64,000 bases of DNA from Candidatus Omnitrophota bacterium. Lineage in GTDB: Bacteria; Omnitrophota; Gorgyraeia; Gygaellales; Profunditerraquicolaceae. This document shows, one piece after another, positions 19,799 through 29,532 of this stretch. The stretch covers positions 91,423 through 155,422 of the forward strand of contig JAQURC010000003.1 of NCBI GenBank assembly GCA_028715785.1, written 5' to 3'. The position numbers and the translations under genes are program-made. How positions within the stretch are numbered: the stretch's first letter is position 1; every line of letters begins with the position of its first letter. The notes beneath the pieces are model-generated. The model ran no database searches. It saw only the letters and a list, made by a program, of their open reading frames with translations, and was not told the DNA's origin.

Positions 19799-20522
19799 TT
19801 AATTTAATAAAACTGACAACCGCGATAGCGGCAGTATCCACGCGCAAGACCCCTCTGCCAAGATTAATGGGAAGAAAACCGGCTGCTTTTGCCAAAGCCA
19901 CTTCCGCGGGCGTAAAATCTCCCTCCGGGCCGATGAGAACCATAACAGTTTTGATTTTTTTAGCGGAATCATCAAAAATACCTTTAAGGGTCTTTCTCTC
20001 TCCTTCTAAGGTGGGAATTAATTTTAGATCAAAATCATGCGCGGCTAGAATTACCTCGCCAAGCTTGCTTACCGGTTTAATCGCTACGAATTTGCTGCGC
20101 TGGCTTTGTTTAAGCGCGCTTAGACTAATCTTTTCCCAACGCCGGAGGCGTTGCAGTTTTTTTTGCTTATCTAATCTTACGATCACCCGCTCTGTTTCAA
20201 GCGGAATTATGCACTCAACCCCCAATTGCGTAAGCTTATCGACAATATCATCCATTTTTACATTTTTCGGGATGGCGCAGGCAACCGTGATTTTGACCCC
20301 CGGTTCTTCTGACTGTTTTTTTTCTCTTAATTCTAATTTTACCGCCTTTGGCTGCAGCTGAGCAACTAAAACAAAATATTCATTGCCCAGGCTGTCAAAA
20401 ACCGCCACCTCTTCCTGCGGCTTGATTCTAAGCACATCCTTCAAGTGGTGCACTTGAACAGGATCATCCAGGATAATATATTTATCAAGGGGGTTGATCT
20501 TATCGATGAAAAACCGGTTCAT
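19785..20522 (-). CDS. rsmE: 16S rRNA (uracil1498-N3)-methyltransferase
   Basis: RsmE family length and motifs. Confidence 0.8.
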   Translation of the reverse strand: MNRFFIDKINPLDKYIILDDPVQVHHLKDVLRIKPQEEVAVFDSLGNEYFVLVAQLQPKAVKLELREKKQSEEPGVKITVACAIPKNVKMDDIVDKLTQLGVECIIPLETERVIVRLDKQKKLQRLRRWEKISLSALKQSQRSKFVAIKPVSKLGEVILAAHDFDLKLIPTLEGERKTLKGIFDDSAKKIKTVMVLIGPEGDFTPAEVALAKAAGFLPINLGRGVLRVDTAAIAVVSFIKLNEEH

Positions 20523-21985
20523 TCCTCCATATCCTTCTCAGAAAAAACTTCGGCGGTAAAAACATAAAGCTCGGTATTTTTATCCTTCCAGGCGCCTGGC
20601 GGTAAACCTGCTTTTTGGGAACAAAGATTGTTAAGGAACTCCTCCTTGTTCCATCCGGTCTCCGTAGCTACCTGCGGAAGGAACACCCCGCTTTGAGCGC
20701 CTTTACGCACCAGGACCCCATGTTTGCCCAATTCAATATTTTCGGCAGAAACAACTCTTTCTAATGGAGACAAAACAGAAATTTCTAACTTGATATTTTT
20801 AACTTCTGTTAAGCCAACCGGAGAAAAACGCGGGTCATCGGCTGCTGCCGCAATGGCCATATCCCGCACGGTTAGGTATAGCGGCTGGTTTGCCGTAAGA
20901 TTCCCGATACATCCCCGTAACCCTCCATGCTCGGTAAGCGTAACAAAAGAACCCATTTTTTGACTTAAAACCGGGTCAGCTTCGCTAACTTCCAATTTCT
21001 TACCGGTTTTTAAATATTCTTCGATTGCCTGGCGGGCGATCTTCAAAAGTTTTTTTCTCTGTTGGATATTAAGCATATTTTCCCCCTTAGGGTTAAAAAC
21101 CGCGCAACTGGCATAACCTACTGTCCAGTCGCCCTTATTTACTTTTCCGGTAACCATCGCAGAATTCGTATGATTTAAAACCTCTGATCTTTCATATCCC
21201 AGCTCTCTTGCTATATCTAAAGCGATAACGATACCAATCCCTCCGCAGGCTTGCGCCCTGCCTTCACGCAAAGCATAATACAGACCCTGGTAATCCATTT
21301 TTTTGATCAAATCGAGAGTAACCGCATCAACTTTATCCGCCTCTTCAAAATCATAGCCATGATACAAATCGGAGGATACCACGACCAAAACATCTTTACG
21401 TTCGCCAATGGCTTCTTTAAACAAAAGCGCGATTTTCCTGCAAGTCTTGAGCGAACAATCACCGACGACAACCGGAACGATCCTGAAATCAGTCAATACT
21501 TTTTGTAAAAAAGGCAGTTCTACCTCCACCGAGTGTTCTTTATCAAAGGCGGATTCATCGACAAAAACCTCGGGATCCTTGCCGGATATGCTTTTAATGA
21601 ATTCCTCATCGACATCGATTTTACCTAAACTGGCAGCAAAAGCCCCCTGCCCATAGAGGGCAGCGCCGTTAAAAACCTTATGGTGGCTGGTCCCTAAAAT
21701 AATTACGGTTCTATAAGGTTTATCTTTGACCAGCTTGTAGCCGAATGCGGCGGCCTGGCCGGAATAACCATAACCGGCGTGCGGGCTGATCAGCATAAAA
21801 ATATCTCCGGATATATCTCTAGGCCGGGCTTTTATCAAAAAATTGTCAATCATTGTTGATAATTCTTCTTGCTGCTGCGGATAAAACTGCCCGCCAAACT
21901 CCGGCTGTTTTATTGACGAGGCAAAAGAGTTCAAACAGAAAGAAAATAGAAAAATTTGAATTGAGAGGAAAATTTTATTTGGCAT
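20519..21985 (-). CDS. Memo-like (AmmeMemoRadiSam system protein B) fused to an AMMECR1 domain, with an N-terminal signal peptide
   Basis: The N-terminal Memo region (GQFYP...) follows a hydrophobic signal-like segment. The C-terminal AMMECR1 domain contains CIGNL. Confidence 0.75.
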   Translation of the reverse strand: MPNKIFLSIQIFLFSFCLNSFASSIKQPEFGGQFYPQQQEELSTMIDNFLIKARPRDISGDIFMLISPHAGYGYSGQAAAFGYKLVKDKPYRTVIILGTSHHKVFNGAALYGQGAFAASLGKIDVDEEFIKSISGKDPEVFVDESAFDKEHSVEVELPFLQKVLTDFRIVPVVVGDCSLKTCRKIALLFKEAIGERKDVLVVVSSDLYHGYDFEEADKVDAVTLDLIKKMDYQGLYYALREGRAQACGGIGIVIALDIARELGYERSEVLNHTNSAMVTGKVNKGDWTVGYASCAVFNPKGENMLNIQQRKKLLKIARQAIEEYLKTGKKLEVSEADPVLSQKMGSFVTLTEHGGLRGCIGNLTANQPLYLTVRDMAIAAAADDPRFSPVGLTEVKNIKLEISVLSPLERVVSAENIELGKHGVLVRKGAQSGVFLPQVATETGWNKEEFLNNLCSQKAGLPPGAWKDKNTELYVFTAEVFSEKDMEE

Positions 21986-22001
21986 GAAATACGACCTTCT
22001 G

Positions 22002-22074
22002 TGGAGCTGGGGAGAATCGAACTCCCGGCCCCCTCGTTGCGAACGAGGTGCTCTCCCAACTGAGCTACAGCCCC
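22002..22074 (-). tRNA. tRNA-Ala (anticodon CGC)
   Basis: Clean cloverleaf from GGGGCTGTAGCTCAGTTGGGAGAGC with anticodon loop TTCGCAA, a G3:U70 identity pair and T-loop TTCGATT. CCA is not encoded. Confidence 0.85.
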
Positions 22075-22086
22075 TATAATTAAATT

Positions 22087-22115
22087 ATTTTATCATATCT
22101 TAAGGTGCTTGACAA
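22087..22115 (-). promoter_or_regulatory. Promoter-like TTGTCA-17-TAAAAT upstream of tRNA-Ala
   Basis: Read on the minus strand, 12 nt upstream of the tRNA 5' end. Confidence 0.4.
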
Positions 22116-22128
22116 TGGGAAGGATGGA

Positions 22129-22716
22129 CTAATTTGTAGAACAATTATTGCAGATAATTTTTGTTTTCATCTCCACCTGAGGGTTGGCCAAAGTATCAGG
22201 GCTGGAAGTATCATAACGGCCGACTAAATCAATTTCAATAATGTTACTTTTTAAAGGGTCCGCGTCTTGCGTAGCGTTGAATGTGATAATCTTATCAGTT
22301 AATGTCTCCGGAGTAATTGGAAATGGGCCACAAGTACCGGCACCGATTGGAGCACATTCTGTTTTCAGCGTATTAATGTTGACATTATCAAGATAATACC
22401 TAACCCAAGCACTATTATAATCTGAAGGATCCTGAGGGCTCCTAAAATCAACACGCACCTTAAAATCAGACCCTGTCGTTATAACAATCGCCGGATAATC
22501 CTTATTCCCATTTGCCTGCTGGACATATTTACTCATATGCTCCAAAACATAAACCAGCTGATTCTGCACCTTTGCCCTTCTCTCGGAATTAATCACCTGC
22601 CCCTGGCTAAATGTTTCCAAGCTGTAAAAACTCAAAACCATCATTGTAACAATAATAATGCTGAAAAGTAATTCAAGCAGACTTATGGATTTAGTAGTAT
22701 TAAGGGGAAAGTTCAT
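22129..22716 (-). CDS. Minor pilin / pseudopilin-like protein
   Basis: N-terminal SLLELLFSIIIVTMMVL prepilin-like segment. It is first in the pilin run. Confidence 0.5.
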   Translation of the reverse strand: MNFPLNTTKSISLLELLFSIIIVTMMVLSFYSLETFSQGQVINSERRAKVQNQLVYVLEHMSKYVQQANGNKDYPAIVITTGSDFKVRVDFRSPQDPSDYNSAWVRYYLDNVNINTLKTECAPIGAGTCGPFPITPETLTDKIITFNATQDADPLKSNIIEIDLVGRYDTSSPDTLANPQVEMKTKIICNNCSTN

Positions 22717-23107
22717 CCCAGGAAATGGTTGTGGTTACCAGGCGTAAATCAGTACCACTGACATTTTCTATGACATATTTGGCGGAAAAATCTCTATTAT
22801 TAACTTTTCGCTCGGCTGGCGCAGGACAATCTTTATTCTGCGTATGTCCGCCGACACTATCACAATAGGTAGTACCTAGTGTAAGAGCATTGCTTGCCTG
22901 GCCCAGGGTCCAGGTATCCTGACGAACATCCGTTTGTAAAGGGTCAATAAATAATTTACCCAATTCAGCGCTGGTTATGCGTTCGCGGACATGTATTATA
23001 TGCCGGCTCCCGGCAACAAAAACACTCAGCAGCCCCGCTATCACCAACGCAAATACTACTGAGGCCACAATTATCTCAACTAAAGTAAAGCCGGCTTTAT
23101 TAGACAT
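22700..23107 (-). CDS. Prepilin-type N-terminal cleavage/methylation domain protein (minor pilin)
   Basis: KAGFTLVEIIVASVVFAL. Confidence 0.75.
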   Translation of the reverse strand: MSNKAGFTLVEIIVASVVFALVIAGLLSVFVAGSRHIIHVRERITSAELGKLFIDPLQTDVRQDTWTLGQASNALTLGTTYCDSVGGHTQNKDCPAPAERKVNNRDFSAKYVIENVSGTDLRLVTTTISWDELSP

Positions 23108-23110
23108 ACT

Positions 23111-23497
23111 CTAGTAACAAGAACCAGTACAGGTGGCGGCTTCACTAGAACCTGATGCCTGAAGCGTCCAGGTTCTTCCTGATCTGGTTGCCCTGCCAAT
23201 TCCGGTTGGAGAACCTATGCTATAACTCCAATCTGGAGAAGCAGTGTCAGGCAAGCTTAACCTTAAATCAGTATTTATCGTGCTGACAGTATTTACGCTT
23301 CCAGAATAAGGATAATAATACCCAATCTCCATCCTGTAGATTCGATCTGCCGCACGCATGAGCGCAAGGTTTGCTTTGGCTTCTCTATCCAGCGTTTTTT
23401 CTTTCATAGTGCTATAATTAGGCCAAGCAATAGCAGCTAAAATACCGATAATAACAAGCACCACTAATATTTCTGTTAAGGTAAAACCCCTTTTCAT
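23111..23497 (-). CDS. Type IV pilin / GspG-like pseudopilin
   Basis: KRGFTLTEILVVLVIIGILAAIAWPNY. Confidence 0.75.
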   Translation of the reverse strand: MKRGFTLTEILVVLVIIGILAAIAWPNYSTMKEKTLDREAKANLALMRAADRIYRMEIGYYYPYSGSVNTVSTINTDLRLSLPDTASPDWSYSIGSPTGIGRATRSGRTWTLQASGSSEAATCTGSCY

Positions 23498-23522
23498 CCG
23501 TATTTATGTTGTCTTATTGCAA

Positions 23523-23903
23523 TTAATAACCCGCGGAACCTCCGAAATTACCATCAATATCCAATGTTTTAGTATAAGCTATCGTGCTTTGCGGATTTTT
23601 TCCGCCGGTAGTACATCTGGTAGCCGTACATGTCCCGCTAGCAGCATCGCAAGCATACGAAAAATGATGCGTGGCTACACAAGTCGTCGGAGCTGAAACC
23701 CCTAAACCGGCTACCCCCTGATAAGCGCCATTTTCTGTATATTCGGCAATTTCCGCGCTTCTTAATGCACCCAAAATTATCCTTGCTTCAGCCGCGCGCC
23801 CTTTTTCCACTACTTTAGTATATTGAGTCATGCCTACAGCCGCTAAAATCCCTACGATGATGATGACTACAATTAATTCCACAAGCGTAAAACCTTTTCT
23901 CAT
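23523..23903 (-). CDS. Type IV pilin / GspG-like pseudopilin
   Basis: RKGFTLVELIVVIIIVGILAA. It has a strong SD and its own promoter. Confidence 0.8.
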   Translation of the reverse strand: MRKGFTLVELIVVIIIVGILAAVGMTQYTKVVEKGRAAEARIILGALRSAEIAEYTENGAYQGVAGLGVSAPTTCVATHHFSYACDAASGTCTATRCTTGGKNPQSTIAYTKTLDIDGNFGGSAGY

Positions 23904-23934
23904 TTTACTCCTCCTTTTAGTTTATACTGTTAGT

Positions 23935-23963
23935 ATTTTAAACCTACATCGGAAAGTTGTCAA
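23935..23963 (-). promoter_or_regulatory. Sigma70-like promoter TTGACA-17-TAAAAT for the pilin genes
   Basis: Read on the minus strand. It is followed by the SD AAAAGGAGGAG. Confidence 0.55.
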
Positions 23964-23966
23964 TAT

Positions 23967-25205
23967 TTATCCTCCTATTTTTGAAAGTTCAAATATAGGT
24001 AAAAACATCCCTATGACCATAACCCCAATAATGGAGCCGATAAAAACCAAAACAAAAGGCTCAAACATGGCCACAAAACGCGCCAGAAACGTATCGCAAT
24101 ACTCCTGATAAAAAGAATTGATCCTTTTAAACATTTGCGGGAGTTCGCCGATTTCTTCTCCGATGCTTACCATTTGGATAACCATAGGCTCAAAAAAACT
24201 GCTGCGTTCAAGCGACTCGCGAAGCGGTTTGCCTTCCCGGACATCCTCTTTAATCTTACGGATTATATCCCCCATTATCAGGTTGTCTACGCTGCGTTCC
24301 GATATCTCCAAAGAATAAAGGATAGGAACACCTGATTCCAGGAGCGTGGACATTTCCGAAGAAAATCTTTCGATGTTCAAAGCTAAAAAGAATTCGCCAA
24401 AAACCGGTAATTTAAATTTAAAATTTTCAAAGCTCTTTCTGCCGGGCTTAGTCCCTATATACTTCTTAAAGGCAAAAACAATTCCTGCAATTGACAGGAT
24501 CAGTAAAAACATAAACTTTCTAAGAAAAATACTTACTCCTACCAGTATCCGGGTAAGGAAAGGCAAAGTGATATCAAAACTTTTAAAAATTTCGGCAAAA
24601 GTAGGAACTATTTTAATCGTTAAAAATAAAAGCGCGCCTACTCCGGCGGCTGTCAAAATCGCCGGATAAATTAACGCTGAAATAACTTTTCTTTTAAATT
24701 CCATGGTTTTTTCCAGATATGCCGCAAGGCGGCTTAAGACAACTGCCAGGTTTCCGCTGGCCTCTCCGCTCTCTACAAGGTTAATCCAGAGATCGGAGAA
24801 TATTCTTGGATGCACCGCCATGGCTTCATGGAAACTTAAACCTGCTTCCATATTCTTAGTTAAATCCGTAATCACCTCATAAAGCTTTTTGCTAGACACC
24901 TGCTTGGCAATAATATTTAAGCTCATCAGTATCGTAACGCCTGCCCCAATCAAGGTCGACAACTGCCGGCAAAAAAGCATGAGATCCTCACCGGTTACTC
25001 TGCCGTGCTTAGGTTTAAACTTGACTTTTACCAAATTCTTAACATATGGAGCGCCGGATGCCTCAACGTTTTCGGGAATAATATTAACAATGATCAATCC
25101 TTTGGATTGGATTTTGGTTACCGCTTCTTCTTGATTTAAAGCATCCTCTGTACCGGTTTCTTTGGCCCCGGAACGAGTCCTGGCAACATAATAAAACTTA
25201 GGCAT
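23967..25205 (-). CDS. pilC: Type II secretion / type IV pilus platform protein (GspF/PilC)
   Basis: Two T2SSF repeats, polytopic. Confidence 0.9.
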   Translation of the reverse strand: MPKFYYVARTRSGAKETGTEDALNQEEAVTKIQSKGLIIVNIIPENVEASGAPYVKNLVKVKFKPKHGRVTGEDLMLFCRQLSTLIGAGVTILMSLNIIAKQVSSKKLYEVITDLTKNMEAGLSFHEAMAVHPRIFSDLWINLVESGEASGNLAVVLSRLAAYLEKTMEFKRKVISALIYPAILTAAGVGALLFLTIKIVPTFAEIFKSFDITLPFLTRILVGVSIFLRKFMFLLILSIAGIVFAFKKYIGTKPGRKSFENFKFKLPVFGEFFLALNIERFSSEMSTLLESGVPILYSLEISERSVDNLIMGDIIRKIKEDVREGKPLRESLERSSFFEPMVIQMVSIGEEIGELPQMFKRINSFYQEYCDTFLARFVAMFEPFVLVFIGSIIGVMVIGMFLPIFELSKIGG

Positions 25206-26920
25206 TATTCTACTCCCAAAGTAGTCGAAAGAACCTCTTCCAAAGAGGTAATTCCGCTTTCTACTTTCTTGATCCCGGATTCATAAAGTGTTTGCATGCC
25301 TGCGGCCCGGGCAACTTCGCGTATCTTCTGGAAAGATGCCCTCTGGTTAATTAAATCCTGGATCTCCAACGTAATGGGCATAACCTCAACAATGCAGGTT
25401 CTGCCTTTATATCCGGTATTGTTACATTTAGCGCATCCTTTAGGCCGATAGATAAGCTCGGCTTTGATGGAGGCTCCTTTAAGCTGGGCACTGGCAGGCT
25501 CATATGCCTCCTTGCAATCCGGACATAACTTACGAATGAGCCTCTGGGCAATAACAATAAGCAGGGAAGGGGCAAGCATATACGGCTCAATACCGATATC
25601 CATAAGCCGGGTTACTGCCGAAGGAGCATCATTAGTATGCAATGTACTTAAAACTAAATGCCCGGTAAGAGCGGAACGAATACAGATCTGCGCGGTTTCC
25701 AAATCCCTAACTTCTCCTACCAGCATAATATCCGGATCCTGGCGCAAAAAACTGCGCAAAGCCGCGGCAAAGGTAAGCCCGATTTCCGGCTTGATCTGCA
25801 CCTGATTAATCTCATCCATCTTATATTCTACGGGATCTTCAACCGTAACAATATTTTTAGCGGGGCTCTTGATCTCATTTAAGATAGCATAGAGTGAAGT
25901 GGATTTTCCGCTTCCTGTCGGCCCGGTAATAAAAACCAGCCCATAAGGAGAAAAGATTGCCTTGCGCACATGCTCAAGCTGCTTAGGATCAAAACCCATG
26001 TAATCCAAATTCAACTTAACCCCGCCGCGGTCAAGAATCCTTAAAACCGCCTTCTCTCCGTAAATAGTCGGGACGATCGAAACACGGATATCGATCGGAC
26101 GCTCATCAATACGCACTAAGATCGCCCCATCCTGAGGTAATCTTTTTTCCGCGATATCAAGCTTGGCTAAAATTTTGACGCGCGAAACAAGCGGCAGATG
26201 CAAATGTTTTGCCGGAGGAGGAATCTCATAAAGCTTGCCATCAATCCTGTAGCGTAAAGAAATTTTGTCTTTAAAAGGTTCAATATGTATATCCGAAGCC
26301 CGTTCATCGATTGCCTGACGGATTATTAAATCTACTAATTTTACAACCGGGGCCTCTTCTGCCCTGGCAATCAGCTTATCCAGGCTCAGCTCCTGGCCCA
26401 ACTCTTCCTGGCTCTGGGCAAATGAAGCGCTTATATCATAACTTGAATCAACCGCATCCTTAAGCATCGCTGATTTCCCATAAAATTCTTCGATTGCTTT
26501 CATAATATCAGAACGCGTAGCGATTACCGGATTAATCTCACCACCGGTTAATTTTCTTAAGCTATCGATAAGAAGAAGATCCAGGGGATCAGCCATGGCT
26601 ACAGTCAGAGACCTGAGCATACGCGAAAGGGGTAAAACGCAGTTTTTAAAAGCAAAATCCTGGGGGATAAGATGCTCTAAGCCCTGATCCATCGCCGGCT
26701 TGAGCATTCCTGTGCCCAGTGAAAAATAAGGCATGTTTAGCTGTTTACCTAAGGCTGCCACTACCTGATCTTCTTTAACCATTTCCAACTTGATCAGAAT
26801 TTCACCAAGACGGCCGCCTTCCTGCCTCTGGACGCTGATAGCTTTTTCCAACTGGCCGACAGTAATCAATCCTTCCTTAATTAAGAACTCGCCTAATCTT
26901 AAATACTTGTCTCTTACCAT
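25205..26920 (-). CDS. pilB: GspE/PilB-family assembly ATPase with an N-terminal MshEN domain
   Basis: Walker A GPTGSGKST, Asp/His boxes and a tetracysteine motif. Two tandem RLGE(F/I)L...G...Q motifs lie at the N-terminus. Confidence 0.9.
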   Translation of the reverse strand: MVRDKYLRLGEFLIKEGLITVGQLEKAISVQRQEGGRLGEILIKLEMVKEDQVVAALGKQLNMPYFSLGTGMLKPAMDQGLEHLIPQDFAFKNCVLPLSRMLRSLTVAMADPLDLLLIDSLRKLTGGEINPVIATRSDIMKAIEEFYGKSAMLKDAVDSSYDISASFAQSQEELGQELSLDKLIARAEEAPVVKLVDLIIRQAIDERASDIHIEPFKDKISLRYRIDGKLYEIPPPAKHLHLPLVSRVKILAKLDIAEKRLPQDGAILVRIDERPIDIRVSIVPTIYGEKAVLRILDRGGVKLNLDYMGFDPKQLEHVRKAIFSPYGLVFITGPTGSGKSTSLYAILNEIKSPAKNIVTVEDPVEYKMDEINQVQIKPEIGLTFAAALRSFLRQDPDIMLVGEVRDLETAQICIRSALTGHLVLSTLHTNDAPSAVTRLMDIGIEPYMLAPSLLIVIAQRLIRKLCPDCKEAYEPASAQLKGASIKAELIYRPKGCAKCNNTGYKGRTCIVEVMPITLEIQDLINQRASFQKIREVARAAGMQTLYESGIKKVESGITSLEEVLSTTLGVE

Positions 26921-26922
26921 TA

Positions 26923-28464
26923 TTAATGCTTTTTATCAAATTTATTCATACTCGAACTGATAATATAATCACGGGTTGAACCAAACGCAGAGCCTTGTTC
27001 CCTGGCCGGCAGTTGAATATTCTGGACTTGGGCAAGTTTAAAATCCGTTTTATCTCTAACAATACGCGGAGTGATAAAAACTATCAATTCCCGCTCGATA
27101 TCCTTGGTTTGGTCCTTATGCCTAAATAAAACCCCTAGCAGGGGGATATCGCCTAATATGGGTAGTTTTTTAATGGCAACACTCTTGTCCTGATGGATCA
27201 GCCCGCCCAAAACTACAGTCTCTTCGTCCTTAACTTTAACTATGGATTTTGTGCTTCTTACTTCAACATCTGACTGCGGATTACTTGAGCTACTCAAGGA
27301 ACTTATATTCGAAACGCTTGATTTTGGATTAATCACCATCGTAATCTCGTTTGTATCCAGATTTATCTGCGGGGTTACTTTAAGGAAAATACCGGTTCCT
27401 TCTTTAGTGAGCTCAAGGCCGGTTGATCTTACATAAACGCTGGTAGTGGTGGGGCTTCCCCCGGTGTTAAAAGTTGTTGTATCCTGCCTGCCTACTATCT
27501 CATCCTTGGTAATAGAAATTTCCGCGGTTTCATTATTCAAAGTAAGAAGCTTAGGCCGGGCCAAATATTTCGTATCGGTGAGCGTCCTTATATAATCCAA
27601 CTGCATCTGATAAGAATTAGCGCTAGGATTAACGGACAGAGTACCGTAAGCTCCATTCACGATCTTCCCCCAGCTATGGTAAGGAAAACCCAGTCCGGCA
27701 GTAGCTCCGGTAACAATTGCCGTAAAAGGCGTGTCGCCGAACTCAAAACCCATCTTATCCACCGCGTTCTTGCTTACATCCAGCATTTCCACTTCGAGCA
27801 TCACCTGGGGTATTGCCACATCTAAAGAGGCGATTACCTGGCTGATCACCTTCATCTTCATCGGAGTATCGGTAACAATAAGGCTATTGGTGCGAAAATC
27901 TTCGATCAAAGAACCCGAACTGGAAAGTAATTTTTTTACGGCGCTAGTTATCCCGCTTTCACTTTCCTCTTTCCATTTAGTTCTAGAGCTATCAGATGTG
28001 CTAGTTGTAGTCCCGGAACTTGAATCACTTTTAAGCACCCCCTTAGATGACTCCTCTTTTAAAGATGAGGTGGAAACAGTGGCAAATTTTAAAAAGAAAA
28101 CCTTAGTTACTGTTTCAGTTTCCATCTTACCCCATTCCTTAACCACAAAAATATTGGCTTTACTGTCCAGGTCATAAGAAAGATTGTTAGCGCTAAAGAT
28201 TTTATCCATCGCATAATTCAATGGCACCTTATCAAGATAAAGAGTAATTTTTCTGTCCTGTACCGCTTCAGAGGCAATAAAATTCAGCCCTGACTGCATG
28301 GAAAAAACCTTTAAGATATCTTTAAGACTGGCATCCTTAAAATCCATAGAAATAGTAACTTCACCACCGGTAAAATCCGGTTGCACCTGGGCATCCAGCT
28401 GCAAGATAAAAAAAGCAAACATTAAGAAACCGGTAATGGTGATGGTCAAAAATATCTTTCTCAT
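26923..28464 (-). CDS. Secretin (PilQ/GspD family) with a Ser/Thr-rich linker
   Basis: Signal peptide, N-terminal secretin domains and a C-terminal secretin core (VVLGGLI...LPILGDIPLLGVLF). Confidence 0.85.
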   Translation of the reverse strand: MRKIFLTITITGFLMFAFFILQLDAQVQPDFTGGEVTISMDFKDASLKDILKVFSMQSGLNFIASEAVQDRKITLYLDKVPLNYAMDKIFSANNLSYDLDSKANIFVVKEWGKMETETVTKVFFLKFATVSTSSLKEESSKGVLKSDSSSGTTTSTSDSSRTKWKEESESGITSAVKKLLSSSGSLIEDFRTNSLIVTDTPMKMKVISQVIASLDVAIPQVMLEVEMLDVSKNAVDKMGFEFGDTPFTAIVTGATAGLGFPYHSWGKIVNGAYGTLSVNPSANSYQMQLDYIRTLTDTKYLARPKLLTLNNETAEISITKDEIVGRQDTTTFNTGGSPTTTSVYVRSTGLELTKEGTGIFLKVTPQINLDTNEITMVINPKSSVSNISSLSSSSNPQSDVEVRSTKSIVKVKDEETVVLGGLIHQDKSVAIKKLPILGDIPLLGVLFRHKDQTKDIERELIVFITPRIVRDKTDFKLAQVQNIQLPAREQGSAFGSTRDYIISSSMNKFDKKH

Positions 28465-28559
28465 TTAATTCCTCCTTGGCCGCAAGGCCTGTTGCCCGCA
28501 AGGGCAGACCCGCGCGAATCCTTATAAACGCGGAATGTCAAGTTTTATCCGTAAATCCC

Positions 28560-29003
28560 CTATTCTTTTTCTTTTAAAACAGGAGTTTGACCGGGAGCCG
28601 GTAAATTAACGATCTCCCCGGCAAAGCTTAAAGTGACCCCTTTTTTATCTATACTCAAAATTTCAGCTCCGTTTATCGAATCTCCGGCAACCAAAACCTT
28701 ATTATTAATAATTGCCTGGGGCACTTTTGTCCCCCAGATTATCCCCTGCACATCCAAACTGCTAAGATTGATTTTTGGCCGATTTGATTCGGCTGCTTCC
28801 CGTTCCTGTAAACTCTCCTTATTTGCCGCTTTTAGCATAACTGACGCAAAGGGATCGCGTAACTGCCCGGATTTATATTTAATTTGCGGACGGCTAATCA
28901 TTTCATCAGCTATATTTTCCTGTGCCAAAGCGATAAATCCGAAATTTATTACCGCGGTCAGGAAAAAAACCAATAATATACAGATGTACGGACGCTTCTT
29001 CAT
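28560..29003 (-). CDS. Secreted protein, possibly PilP-like
   Basis: Signal peptide, followed by a beta-rich C-terminal domain, in the PilP position of the cluster. Confidence 0.35.
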   Translation of the reverse strand: MKKRPYICILLVFFLTAVINFGFIALAQENIADEMISRPQIKYKSGQLRDPFASVMLKAANKESLQEREAAESNRPKINLSSLDVQGIIWGTKVPQAIINNKVLVAGDSINGAEILSIDKKGVTLSFAGEIVNLPAPGQTPVLKEKE

Positions 29004-29531
29004 TTATTGGTAAAAGATGGTACTGATTTTTAAGTTAACGTTTAAATTCATATTCGCGCTTTCAAGAGACTGTTTATTTTCTGCCGAAGCTATACCTAAT
29101 TCATCAACCATATAGATATCCTTATAACTCTCAATTTGACTGATAAAATTACCTAAAGAATGATAATCAGGCGTACTGACCGTTATTAAGAACACCGACT
29201 TAATGTAATCAGGGTAAACCTCCTCATTGCTGGGTTTTATGGAAACAATCTTAATCGAGCAATTTTTGGCTATATTGGATATTGTATTTATGATAGAGCT
29301 TACGTCTTCTTTGACAAAAATTTTCTTATACCCCTCTATTTTTCTCTCAAGGCCGGCTATTTCTTCGGCGGCCTTATTTTTTTTAAGCTCCTCATCCTTC
29401 TGCTGGATTAAAGAATTTACCCGCTCATCGGCGGATTTATAGATCTGAAAAGCAATAAACAATGCCAGGATGACTACGCCGAGATTTAAAACTTTACTTT
29501 TATTTTTTTCAAATACCTCGATCTTTCCCAT
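29004..29531 (-). CDS. PilO-like bitopic membrane protein
   Basis: Single TM then a coiled-coil, in the PilO position of the cluster. Confidence 0.45.
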   Translation of the reverse strand: MGKIEVFEKNKSKVLNLGVVILALFIAFQIYKSADERVNSLIQQKDEELKKNKAAEEIAGLERKIEGYKKIFVKEDVSSIINTISNIAKNCSIKIVSIKPSNEEVYPDYIKSVFLITVSTPDYHSLGNFISQIESYKDIYMVDELGIASAENKQSLESANMNLNVNLKISTIFYQ

Positions 29532-29532
29532 C

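Noticed and set aside
22109-22114. Plus-strand TTGACA at 22109 as a promoter
   Set aside because: There is no acceptable -10 element downstream on the plus strand, and all flanking genes are on the minus strand. The minus-strand TTGTCA-17-TAAAAT reading fits tRNA-Ala instead.
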